NCBI GenBank assembly: GCA_043824255.1
Contig: JBDRTG010000020.1
Coordinates: 1-64,000 of the forward strand
Direction of reading: 5' to 3'
DNA length: 64,000 bases
Source: a bacterium
GTDB lineage: Bacteria; JAHJDO01
In this document: piece after piece, positions 28,985-38,412 of the stretch
Layout of the letters: the number at the start of each line of letters is the position of its first letter
Position numbering within the stretch: the first letter of the stretch is position 1
Position numbers and translations under genes: made by a program
Notes under the pieces: generated by a model
Seen by the model: the letters and a program-made list of their open reading frames with translations, nothing else
Told to the model about the DNA's origin: nothing
Database searches by the model: none

Positions 28985-30589
28985 GTGCTTAAGTCTATAA
29001 GAAAAAACATGAAGCCAATAATGTGGATAACAGCATTAAGCTTCCTAGCTACAATATTCTTTGCATGGGGAATGGGGGTAACATCGAAAGCAAAAACAAA
29101 TATTACTGTGGCAAAAGTAAATGGAGCTGATATCAAGTATGAAGAGTTTAGATATGCTCTTATAAGCACGGAAAGAAATTATAGAAGAATGTATGGAGAT
29201 CAGTTTGACAGAATCAAAAAAAACATGGACATGGATAATCAGGTTCTAAATCAATTGATAGATCAAAAGCTTCTTATGCAGGAGATAAAGAAACAGCGTA
29301 TAAAAATCTCAGATAAGGAGATTATAGATAGGATAAAACAAGATCCAGTATTTAAAAACAAGAAGGACGGGTTTGATAAGGCAAAGTTTGAACAGTATGT
29401 AAATGGCATCCCTGCTTCTCAGTGGCAAGAGATTGAGAATGGGGTTAAGAAATCTCTTGCACTCGAGCATCTTTGGAGAAAGGTTACTGATCCAGTTATA
29501 ATGAGTGACAAGGAAATTTTAGACGAATTTATGCTAAAAAACGAAAAAGTAAAAATTAAGTATATATCCTTCCATGTAGACGAGTTCAAAACTCAGGTAT
29601 CCGTGAAGGATGAAGATATCATTGAGTATTTTTCTAAAAATAAAAAGAAATTCAAGCAGCCTGATAGGGTTAATATAGAATACGTTCTTATTAAACCAGA
29701 GCCTTTTAAAGAAAAAATCGAAGTTTCAGATGATGAAATTAAAAAATATTATGCAGAGAATAAACATGAGTTTGAAGAAATTGATAAAAAGTCTAAAGAA
29801 ATTAAGCCTCTAGAACAGGTAAGCGCTCAGATAAAAGAGAAACTTATAAAAGAAAAAATAGAGCAATTAGCTCAAGAAAGAGCTTATGATCTCTCTATTG
29901 ACCTGAATGAAGAAAATAAATGGGAAGAGATACTAAAAAAAGAGAATCTCTTATCAAAGCAGACCGGGTATTTTGCAGAAAGAGAAGAAATTCCAGACAT
30001 AGGCTATTCCCGTGAGTTTTCCCAAAGCGCATTTTCTCTTAGCAAAGATGACATAAGCGACCCGATTAAAACGGCTAAAGGGTTTTGCATATTAAGACTT
30101 GTGGATCTAAAACCATCCTACATACCTGATCAGATAGAAGAAGTAAAGGAGGAGGTCCGCAAAAAGTTAATTGCTTTTAAAGCAAAGGAACTTGCTGAGA
30201 AAAAAGCAGATGAGTTCATCGAAAAATCTCAGTCAGCAAAAAATATCGAAAAGCTGGCAAAAAAGTCTGGCTATGAGGTTAAACAAACAGAGTTTTTTGA
30301 AAGAGGAGTGTACGCAAAAGACATAGGATATGTCCCTAAACTCATAACAGACGCGTTCCTTTTAGAAAAAGGTAATATAAAAAAAGTATCGGAATCCCAA
30401 GATACATTTGTAATAGAACTTGCTGAGAGAAAAGCTGCTGATAAAGAAGAATTTAATACACAGAAGGAACAAATTAAACAGACTCTGCTGCAAAAAAAGA
30501 AGCAGTCAGTATATGAGAAATGGTTCAAAAACCTAAAGCAGGAAGCAAAGATTGTAAATAATCTTGATAAAATACGACGTGCACAGTAA
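28985..30589 (+). CDS. PpiD/SurA-like periplasmic chaperone / peptidyl-prolyl isomerase
   Basis: N-terminal TM helix, VAKVNG, SurA_N-like helices, parvulin-like ISDPIKT.KGF.I. Confidence 0.85.
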   Translation: MLKSIRKNMKPIMWITALSFLATIFFAWGMGVTSKAKTNITVAKVNGADIKYEEFRYALISTERNYRRMYGDQFDRIKKNMDMDNQVLNQLIDQKLLMQEIKKQRIKISDKEIIDRIKQDPVFKNKKDGFDKAKFEQYVNGIPASQWQEIENGVKKSLALEHLWRKVTDPVIMSDKEILDEFMLKNEKVKIKYISFHVDEFKTQVSVKDEDIIEYFSKNKKKFKQPDRVNIEYVLIKPEPFKEKIEVSDDEIKKYYAENKHEFEEIDKKSKEIKPLEQVSAQIKEKLIKEKIEQLAQERAYDLSIDLNEENKWEEILKKENLLSKQTGYFAEREEIPDIGYSREFSQSAFSLSKDDISDPIKTAKGFCILRLVDLKPSYIPDQIEEVKEEVRKKLIAFKAKELAEKKADEFIEKSQSAKNIEKLAKKSGYEVKQTEFFERGVYAKDIGYVPKLITDAFLLEKGNIKKVSESQDTFVIELAERKAADKEEFNTQKEQIKQTLLQKKKQSVYEKWFKNLKQEAKIVNNLDKIRRAQ

Positions 30590-32294
30590 AAAATCTCATT
30601 TTAAAACAAGTTCCCTATCAGATGAAATAATATCCTGTCTAAAAAAATCTCGCCGGCCATTAAAAATAAAAGAATTAGCAAGAATAATGAACATTAATAG
30701 AATCACATATCCAAAATTTCGCCGTACTGTAAAAGAAAATTTCAAACAAGGACTGATTATAAAAGCAGGAGGGAATAGATACACTACTCCAAAGATAACT
30801 GATCCTATCAAGTGTATTTTAGAGGAATTCAAAATATCCCAAACTTTCCCAAAACCAGTAATAGAAGAATGTGAAAAAATTGATCCATTTATTTCTAAAG
30901 AAGAAATTAGAAAGCGCCGCAATCTAACAGAACTTACATGTTTTACAATAGACCCTGAAGATGCAAAGGATTTTGATGATGCAGTATCTATTGAGAAAAC
31001 TGAGAATGGAAGTTTCTTACTGGGCGTTCATATAGCGGATGTTGATCATTATGTAAATAAGAATAAGCATATAGACAGCCAGGCTCTTTCCAGAGGAACA
31101 AGCATATATCTTCCCGATAGAGTAATTCCAATGCTGCCTTCCAAGCTTTCTGAGAATCTGTGCAGCTTAAAGCCTGACGAAAACAGATTAACTTTAACAA
31201 TTATGATAAAAATAGACACACAGGGCAATATTAGAGAATACGAAATCTTTGAGAGCTTAATTAAAAGCAAGGCAAGGTTATCCTATGAATCCGCAGAGGA
31301 ATTAATACATTCTAACCCCGTTAGAAGTAAAAAAAATTCTAACTGGGCAGAAATATCATCAGCTCTAAAAACCATGTACAAACTAAGCAAGATATTAGAT
31401 AAAAAAAGATTGGAGAGAGGATACATTGACTTTGATGTTCCAGAGGTTAAAATCTCACTTGATGGGAATGGGAAAGTCCTTGATATTCAAAAGAAGAAGA
31501 GATTATCCAGCCATATTTTGATCGAAGAATTCATGCTTCTTGCAAATCAGTGTGTAGCAGAATATATTACTAAAAATAAGACTCCTATGATCTATCGCGT
31601 TCATGAAACTCCTGATGATTTAAAAATAGAAGACTTTGCATTGCTTGCAAAAACGCTGAATTACAAATTTGATAGAAACAAATCTAAAAACCCAAAATAT
31701 ATACAAAGATTCCTGCATAAGACAAATGGGCAAAAGGATCATGTTCTTATTAGTCAGATCCTTTTAACATGCATGCAAAAAGCAATATATTCTACCCAGA
31801 ATGTTGGGCACTTCGGGCTTGCATTAAACTGCTATACTCATTTCACATCCCCTATCAGACGCTATCCTGACTTAATTGTTCACAGAATTCTTAAAAACAA
31901 GTTTAAAAATCGTATAGATAACCTTTCTGAGATTGCAGGCATTGCTTCTGAAAGAGAGCAAATAGCAGTTAAAATAGAAAGAGAATCAATCAAGTTAAAA
32001 CAGGTTGAGTTTATAAAAAACAAAGTGGGAGATATATTTGAAGGCGTAATATCCGGTGTTCAGCCCTATGGCTTGTTTGTTGAGCTTAATGATACTCTTG
32101 CTGAAGGGCTTGTTCATGTAAGTGCATTAAAGAACGACTATTATACGTTCTCTGAGAAACAGTTTGCGCTTGTAGGAAGACGGACAAAGAGAAGATTCCA
32201 GCTTGGAGATTCAGTAAATGTGCAAGTGGTTAAAGTGGATAGTAATAAAAGGCTAATCGATTTTATACTGGTAGATGACAAAGAAAGAAACTGA
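30564..32294 (+). CDS. rnr: RNase R / RNB family exoribonuclease lacking cold-shock domains
   Basis: N-terminal HTH; TIDPEDAKDFDDA, HIADV, HFTSPIRRYPDLIVHR; C-terminal S1 domain. Start may be GTG 30579. Confidence 0.9.
   Translation: MIKYDVHSKKSHFKTSSLSDEIISCLKKSRRPLKIKELARIMNINRITYPKFRRTVKENFKQGLIIKAGGNRYTTPKITDPIKCILEEFKISQTFPKPVIEECEKIDPFISKEEIRKRRNLTELTCFTIDPEDAKDFDDAVSIEKTENGSFLLGVHIADVDHYVNKNKHIDSQALSRGTSIYLPDRVIPMLPSKLSENLCSLKPDENRLTLTIMIKIDTQGNIREYEIFESLIKSKARLSYESAEELIHSNPVRSKKNSNWAEISSALKTMYKLSKILDKKRLERGYIDFDVPEVKISLDGNGKVLDIQKKKRLSSHILIEEFMLLANQCVAEYITKNKTPMIYRVHETPDDLKIEDFALLAKTLNYKFDRNKSKNPKYIQRFLHKTNGQKDHVLISQILLTCMQKAIYSTQNVGHFGLALNCYTHFTSPIRRYPDLIVHRILKNKFKNRIDNLSEIAGIASEREQIAVKIERESIKLKQVEFIKNKVGDIFEGVISGVQPYGLFVELNDTLAEGLVHVSALKNDYYTFSEKQFALVGRRTKRRFQLGDSVNVQVVKVDSNKRLIDFILVDDKERN
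31316..31347. repeat. Short palindromic element inside rnr
   Basis: CCCCGTTAGAA-10 nt-TTCTAACTGGG (11-bp arms, one mismatch); translated NPVRSKKNSNW. Confidence 0.75.
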
Positions 32295-32296
32295 AT

Positions 32297-33679
32297 ATGT
32301 TAGAGAATATAAAATCTATTCATTTTGTTGGGATTGGTGGGATAGGAATGAGCGGGATTGCCTATGTCCTGCTTAAATCAGGATATCAGGTAAGCGGCTC
32401 AGATCAAAATAAATCTTCAATAACTAATAAACTTAAACTAAATGGTACGTATATTTTTATCGGACATGATGCTAAGCATATAACAACTCAGGACTTAGTT
32501 GTTTATTCCACAGCTGTCTCAGAATCTAATCCGGAACTTACTGAAGCTAGAAAAAGAAAAATCCCAATAATTCACAGAGCAGAACTGCTCGCAAAAATGG
32601 CAAATAATAAAAAGAGCATATTTGTAACAGGTTGTCATGGAAAAACCACTGTAACATCAATGATTGCACATATGCTTATAGAAACAGGGTATGACCCGAC
32701 AGTAATTGTAGGAGGCGAAATCAGTTCTTTAGGGGGGAATGCCCGCTTAGGAGCAAGCCCGTGGTTTGTAGCAGAGGCTGATGAAAGCGATAAATCTTTT
32801 CTGAAACTAAATCCATATTTTGAAATTATTACAAATATTGATGAAGACCATCTGGAGCATTATGAAAATCTTGAAGATATCATAAATACGTTTCTCAATT
32901 TCGCAGAATGCGTGGATAAATCCGGTAGAATATTTTGCTGCATTGACAATAACAACGTAAAAGAACTGGTTTCCAAACTACATAAAGAAAAATTCAAAAC
33001 TCCAATAACGACCTATGGAGTGAGCAAGAATGCTGAGATACGGGCTGACAACCTGATATGCGAAGCGCTTTCAACACGTTTTGATGTATATAAAAATGCT
33101 GAATTACTGGGTTCTCTCACACTCAGTGTTCCGGGAAGACATAATGTACTTAATGCACTTTCGGCAATTGCACTTGGCGTGGAAATAGGATTATCCTTTG
33201 ATGCAGTAAAGGAAAGCTTGCAAAGTTTTAGGGGTGTTGACAGAAGGTTTCAGATTAAGGCGCATATCGGAAATATAATGGTTATAGATGATTATGCTCA
33301 TCATCCGGCTGAAATTAAAGCTGCTTTAGAGACAGCCAAAAACTTAGGGAAAAAGCGTATTGTGGCTGTATTTCAGCCTCATAGATACACAAGAACTGAA
33401 AAATTATACAAACAGTTCGCTTTGTCTCTGTCAATGGCTGATAAGGTCATATTAACCGATGTATACAGCGCAGGAGAAGCTCCTATAAAAGGGGCCAATA
33501 CAGATATAATCTTTAATGCTATGAAGAATAATGGTTACAAAAATGCCGTATATATTCCTGACAAAAGTAGAATTCTCAGTTATCTAAGCAATACTATGGA
33601 GAAGGGAGATATAATACTTTGCATGGGAGCAGGTGATATTTCTGCAGTAGCAGAGGAACTTGCCGATAAATTAATATGA
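32297..33679 (+). CDS. murC: UDP-N-acetylmuramate--L-alanine ligase
   Basis: HFVGIGGIGMSG, GCHGKTT, EADESD, DDYAHHP, FQPHRYTR. Confidence 0.97.
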   Translation: MLENIKSIHFVGIGGIGMSGIAYVLLKSGYQVSGSDQNKSSITNKLKLNGTYIFIGHDAKHITTQDLVVYSTAVSESNPELTEARKRKIPIIHRAELLAKMANNKKSIFVTGCHGKTTVTSMIAHMLIETGYDPTVIVGGEISSLGGNARLGASPWFVAEADESDKSFLKLNPYFEIITNIDEDHLEHYENLEDIINTFLNFAECVDKSGRIFCCIDNNNVKELVSKLHKEKFKTPITTYGVSKNAEIRADNLICEALSTRFDVYKNAELLGSLTLSVPGRHNVLNALSAIALGVEIGLSFDAVKESLQSFRGVDRRFQIKAHIGNIMVIDDYAHHPAEIKAALETAKNLGKKRIVAVFQPHRYTRTEKLYKQFALSLSMADKVILTDVYSAGEAPIKGANTDIIFNAMKNNGYKNAVYIPDKSRILSYLSNTMEKGDIILCMGAGDISAVAEELADKLI

Positions 33680-34614
33680 ATAAAGAATTAGCCAAAGAGC
33701 TCTGTAATTTGATAAGAGGAGAGATCAGGTTTAATGAACTTTTATCCAAGCATACCTCTTTTAGAATTGGCGGCCCTGCAGATGTGTGGATATATCCAAA
33801 AGATATCTCAGATATCAAAAACATTCTCATGCTCTGTAATAGTCATAACACGCCTGTTACAATCCTTGGTGGAGGAACAAACATCTTAATCAGTGATAGA
33901 GGAATAAGAGGCGTTGTGTTAAATTTGGAACGTGGATTATTTGGTATCAAAATAAAAGGAGAACGTATTACTTGTGGGGCTGGCGCCTTGCTCTCAAAGC
34001 CCCTAAAACAGGCTGCACGAAAAGAACTTACAGGGCTTGAATTTACTGCAGGAATTCCAGGGACTGTTGGCGGCGCGGTGAGTATGAATGCAGGAACGAA
34101 AGAAATCCGAAATCCGAAATCCGAAATCCGAAACATAAAGTATACAGCAATTGGGGATTTGGTTGGGTCGGTTAAAGTAATTGATACGAAGGGCAATGTA
34201 TCTGAACTTGGAAAAGATGATCTGCTTTTTGAATATCGCAAGTCTAATTTATCTAAATACATAATACTTGAGGTAAAACTACAACTAAAAATAAGCAGTA
34301 AAAAAGAAATTAATGACAGTATATCCTTGTTTCTGGAGCACAAAAAATCCACACAGGTTCTTGACACACCAAGCGCAGGGTGTATATTCAAGAACCCGGA
34401 CGGACATTCTGCCGGCAGATTAATTGATCAAGCTGGGCTAAAAGAACTTGCTATTGGTGATGCGCAGATTTCGGAAAAACATGCTAACTTTATTGTCAAT
34501 AATGGCAATGCAAGCGCTCAGGATGTTTTAGAACTTATTAAAAAGATAAAATTAAAAGTTTTTGAAAAAACGGGTATAAAATTAGAGGAAGAAATTAAAA
34601 TAATAGGAATATGA
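33676..34614 (+). CDS. murB: UDP-N-acetylenolpyruvoylglucosamine reductase
   Basis: HTSFRIGGPA, GIPGTVGGA..MNAG, SAGCIFKNP, SEKHANFIVN. Confidence 0.96.
   Translation: MNKELAKELCNLIRGEIRFNELLSKHTSFRIGGPADVWIYPKDISDIKNILMLCNSHNTPVTILGGGTNILISDRGIRGVVLNLERGLFGIKIKGERITCGAGALLSKPLKQAARKELTGLEFTAGIPGTVGGAVSMNAGTKEIRNPKSEIRNIKYTAIGDLVGSVKVIDTKGNVSELGKDDLLFEYRKSNLSKYIILEVKLQLKISSKKEINDSISLFLEHKKSTQVLDTPSAGCIFKNPDGHSAGRLIDQAGLKELAIGDAQISEKHANFIVNNGNASAQDVLELIKKIKLKVFEKTGIKLEEEIKIIGI
34102..34133 (+). repeat. Tandem heptamer array (GAAATCC)x4 + GAAA inside murB
   Basis: GAAATCCGAAATCCGAAATCCGAAATCCGAAA; encodes EIRNPKSEIRN. Confidence 0.95.
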
Positions 34615-35522
34615 AAAATAGGCGTATTGCTGTTTTAATGGGAGGACCTTCTTCTGAGAGAGAAATATCTCTTAAAAGTGGGAATTGTGTACTAAAGGCT
34701 CTTAAAGCGGCCCAACTAAATGCTACTGCTTTTGATGTTAATAGAGAGTTGCCTGACAGGCTGATAAAAGGAAAAATAGATCTGGTATTTATTGCTCTTC
34801 ACGGCAAGCCCGGAGAGGATGGAACAATACAGGGAATGCTCGATATACTAAACATTCCCTATACAGGGTCCGGGGTTCTTGCAAGCGCGTTATCTATGGA
34901 TAAAATAGCTTCCAAGCGCCTGTTTCAGATTGCTGAAATTCCAACCCCGGAATTTAGTGTAATAAACAAAAACAAATCTCACTTTAATCCACCCCAAAGT
35001 TTTCCAGTAGTCATTAAACCATCTACGGAAGGCTCAACAATAGGTGTATCAATTGTAAAGAATGCAAATGAATTTAAAAAAGCTCTGGAAACTGCTTTCC
35101 GTTATGATGATAATATAATATGCGAAAAGTATATAGATGGAAAAGAAATAACAGTTGGTATATTAGAGGAGAAAGCCTTGCCGGTAATTGAAATTGTTCC
35201 AAAATTCGGATTTTACGACTTTAATGCAAAATACAAGAAAAAGTCCACGGACTTCGTCGTGCCTGCAGAGCTAAAAAAAGAGAAAAGTGCCAAGATAAAG
35301 CAGATAGCTCTCAAGACGCATAAGATACTTGGATGCTATGGAATGTCAAGAGTGGATATGAAACTTGACTGCAAACTAAATCCCTATGTTTTAGAGATTA
35401 ATACAATTCCAGGTCTTACAGAAACAAGTCTTTTGCCAAAAGCTGCACAGGCGGCTGGAATAAGTTTCATAGAACTCTGTCTGAAATTACTGGATCTGGC
35501 AATCAAGAAACATGAAAAGTAG
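34611..35522 (+). CDS. ddl: D-alanine--D-alanine ligase
   Basis: GGPSSEREISL, ALHGKPGEDG, FYDFNAKY, LEINTIPG. Confidence 0.96.
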   Translation: MKNRRIAVLMGGPSSEREISLKSGNCVLKALKAAQLNATAFDVNRELPDRLIKGKIDLVFIALHGKPGEDGTIQGMLDILNIPYTGSGVLASALSMDKIASKRLFQIAEIPTPEFSVINKNKSHFNPPQSFPVVIKPSTEGSTIGVSIVKNANEFKKALETAFRYDDNIICEKYIDGKEITVGILEEKALPVIEIVPKFGFYDFNAKYKKKSTDFVVPAELKKEKSAKIKQIALKTHKILGCYGMSRVDMKLDCKLNPYVLEINTIPGLTETSLLPKAAQAAGISFIELCLKLLDLAIKKHEK

Positions 35523-36369
35523 AAAAACAAAACTTCGCAAGAATGTTAAAATAGCGCCTAGAATCTCTGCTGCGCCTCGTTTACATAAGAAGGTGATTAA
35601 AAAGAGAGCATTACAGATAAGTAAAATAATAACTCTCTTTCTAATCATATATGCTACTTTCTTCATAGTATTAAAATTTAAAAAATTCATTATTCATTCA
35701 AATTACTTTTGTATTAATAATGTTATTGTAAATAACGATAAATTTCTTGATAATGTAGTTATTTTAAAGGAAATTAATAATATAAAAGGCAAGAATATTT
35801 TCACTCTTGATATCAACAAGTCGAGATCACACTGTGAGGTACTAGCAGATGTAAAGACGGTTGTTATTGAACGCTCATTTCCAAATACAATTTTGGTAGA
35901 TATAACAGAAAGAATTCCTGTTGGACAAATATCATACGGTCGTAATATATATGGGATAGATGAAGATGGCGTAATTATTAAGCTTAATGGATCAAGAGTG
36001 CTGCCAGAAATAATGGGATTGAAAATAGACAATGTATATTCAGGAGAAAATATTACATCTAATCCCGAAGTGTCTGAATTAATAAAAAAGGTTATTGCAA
36101 TTATAAAAACTTATAACATGGGAAGACTTGCTGAATTTGGCAGTTTAAAGAATATAAATGTTAAAGAATCTAAAAATCTAATTCTTGACTTTATATGTCA
36201 AGATAATGAAATAAAAATAAAAATAGGCAGAACTGACTTTGAAGAAAAGCTAGCAATGTTAGAGGATCTTCTAAGTAGACTTGGACAAACTCAAAGGGAA
36301 AAACTTCTCTACATAGATCTGCGTTTTGGAGCGGATTTAAATGCTATTCCTGTAAAATACAGAAAGTAA
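35512..36369 (+). CDS. ftsQ: Cell division protein FtsQ/DivIB
   Basis: Basic N-terminus, TM helix, POTRA (RSFPNTILVDITER), C-terminal YIDLRF; between ddl and ftsA. Confidence 0.88.
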   Translation: MKSRKTKLRKNVKIAPRISAAPRLHKKVIKKRALQISKIITLFLIIYATFFIVLKFKKFIIHSNYFCINNVIVNNDKFLDNVVILKEINNIKGKNIFTLDINKSRSHCEVLADVKTVVIERSFPNTILVDITERIPVGQISYGRNIYGIDEDGVIIKLNGSRVLPEIMGLKIDNVYSGENITSNPEVSELIKKVIAIIKTYNMGRLAEFGSLKNINVKESKNLILDFICQDNEIKIKIGRTDFEEKLAMLEDLLSRLGQTQREKLLYIDLRFGADLNAIPVKYRK

Positions 36370-36373
36370 ACTC

Positions 36374-37588
36374 ATGCGAACTCGGAAAGACGTTGTAACA
36401 GCACTGGATATAGGAACCTCTAAAATATGCGCCATGGTTGGCAAATTGGACAAAGAGAATAATATAGAAATTATAGGAATGGGAACTGTTCCTACTAGAG
36501 GCATGAAAAAAGGACTTATTGTTAATATTGATATTGTGACCGATGATATCAAGGAAGCTCTTAAAGAGGCAGAAAAGACATCTGAGTTAGAAATCAAATC
36601 TGTATTCATGGGAATTGGAGGCGGACATATTAAGACAGTTAATAGTAAAGGAAGTGTTCCGGTTAGAAGAGAAGATAGAGAAATAACAATTGAAGATACT
36701 CGAAACGTGATAGAAACAGCTAAAGCAATTGCCTTGCCGGAAGGGAGAGAGATTATTCAGGTTTTACCTCAAGACTTCATTGTAGATGACCAGGCAGAGA
36801 TTAAGGATCCAATCGGCATGAATGGTGTAAAACTTGAAATAATGACACATATTGTTACTGGCATGATAACACATACACAGAATTTCATAAAAAGCGTCAA
36901 TCAGGCTGGGTTTAAGATAGAAGATATTGTATTTAATCTATTAGCCTCTTCTGAATCAGTACTATCGCAGAGTGAAAAAGAGCTTGGTGTTGTATTAATT
37001 GAAATGGGAGCAGGTACAACAAACTTTGTTATTTTTGAAAAAGATAGCTTGAAGTACTCTCAGGTCTTAGCAATAGGCGGTAATCATATAACAAACGACA
37101 TAGCTATAGGTCTTCATATCTCTACACCGGAAGCGGAGAAAATAAAGAAAAAATACGGCGCTGGATTAGACATGGAAACAAATACTAATAATCAAGAAAA
37201 CCCAAATCATTTCTCACCGTATCAGCTTTCGGAGATTGTTCAACCCAGGATTGCAGAAACTATCCGAATTGTAAAGGAAGAGATAGAAAGAGCTGATTTC
37301 GTAAATTTAATTGCCTCTGGAGCAGTCCTCACAGGCGGCAGTTCTTTACTTAAAGGAATGACATCAACCGTAAGAGATATATTTAATCTGCCAACAAGAA
37401 TAGGTACGCCAAAACTTGCGTACCAGCTTGGGGACATACCTAAGGGACCAAGCTATTCAACATGTATCGGATTATTACAATATGGTTCTGACTTCAGAAA
37501 ATTCGGAGGAACGTCAAGATTTGAAAATAAAAATCTTATGGGTAGAATGACGGGAAGTGTAAAGAAGATATTTGGGGATTTTTTTTGA
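36374..37588 (+). CDS. ftsA: Cell division protein FtsA
   Basis: LDIGTSKI, EMGAGTT, GGNHITNDI, VLTGGSS, C-terminal amphipathic helix. Confidence 0.96.
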   Translation: MRTRKDVVTALDIGTSKICAMVGKLDKENNIEIIGMGTVPTRGMKKGLIVNIDIVTDDIKEALKEAEKTSELEIKSVFMGIGGGHIKTVNSKGSVPVRREDREITIEDTRNVIETAKAIALPEGREIIQVLPQDFIVDDQAEIKDPIGMNGVKLEIMTHIVTGMITHTQNFIKSVNQAGFKIEDIVFNLLASSESVLSQSEKELGVVLIEMGAGTTNFVIFEKDSLKYSQVLAIGGNHITNDIAIGLHISTPEAEKIKKKYGAGLDMETNTNNQENPNHFSPYQLSEIVQPRIAETIRIVKEEIERADFVNLIASGAVLTGGSSLLKGMTSTVRDIFNLPTRIGTPKLAYQLGDIPKGPSYSTCIGLLQYGSDFRKFGGTSRFENKNLMGRMTGSVKKIFGDFF

Positions 37589-37593
37589 GAGAA

Positions 37594-38409
37594 ATGAAAA
37601 GAAAAACAGTGAGAATAAATTTAGGGTTAATAACTTTCCTGACGATCTTATTCTCCTATGGCGACTATTTAGACAGTTCCATGGCAGCAGATAAATCAGC
37701 AATTATCATTGACCATACCTGCACTGACCTTTCCAAAATTCCAATGAAATGGATTGAAGCTGCCAAAGCAAGAATTAAACTTCATTACGCTCATACTTCA
37801 CACGGAGGTCAAATCTTAGTAGGAATGCAGGAAATAGCAAAGTTTAATTCTATATGCAATTTTACTAAAAAAAGCGGTAGTCTTCCGGTTACTACAAATT
37901 CTTTAGCCATATTTGATGGGCAGGAGAACGATAGCTATATTACTCCTGAAGAATATTGGGCTTCGGAAGCAGGTAGGAGGGCGACTCAAAGTGTTTTTGA
38001 TCACAGTAAGAAAATTAACGTATCAATGTGGTCATGGTGTTGTCAACAAGACCAAAACTCACAAGAAACGACTCAAAAATATCTTGATGCAATGAATGAT
38101 TTTGAAAAAGCTAATCCAGAAGTAGTATTTATCTATATGACAGGCAATGCCCAGAAACATTCTCCCAATCGGTATGCCCGCAATGAGCAGATCAGAAAAT
38201 ATTGTAGAGTGAATAAGAAAGTTTTATTTGATTTTGCCGATATTGATTGCTGGTATAATGGGAAACAACATCTGGTTAATGGTATCCCTGTAGAACATCC
38301 CCGATACAGAGGAAATGAGGCGGCGCACACTACTCGTGAAAGCTGCAGAATGAAAGGGAACGCCTTCTGGTGGATGATGGCGAGAATTGTCGGACTGAAA
38401 GGAATATAA
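37594..38409 (+). CDS. Hypothetical exported protein, possibly SGNH-hydrolase-like
   Basis: N-terminal signal/TM segment; YAHTSHGGQI, MWSWC, FIYMTG, LFDFADI, AAH; tightly packed between ftsA and ftsZ. Confidence 0.7.
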   Translation: MKRKTVRINLGLITFLTILFSYGDYLDSSMAADKSAIIIDHTCTDLSKIPMKWIEAAKARIKLHYAHTSHGGQILVGMQEIAKFNSICNFTKKSGSLPVTTNSLAIFDGQENDSYITPEEYWASEAGRRATQSVFDHSKKINVSMWSWCCQQDQNSQETTQKYLDAMNDFEKANPEVVFIYMTGNAQKHSPNRYARNEQIRKYCRVNKKVLFDFADIDCWYNGKQHLVNGIPVEHPRYRGNEAAHTTRESCRMKGNAFWWMMARIVGLKGI

Positions 38410-38412
38410 CTA

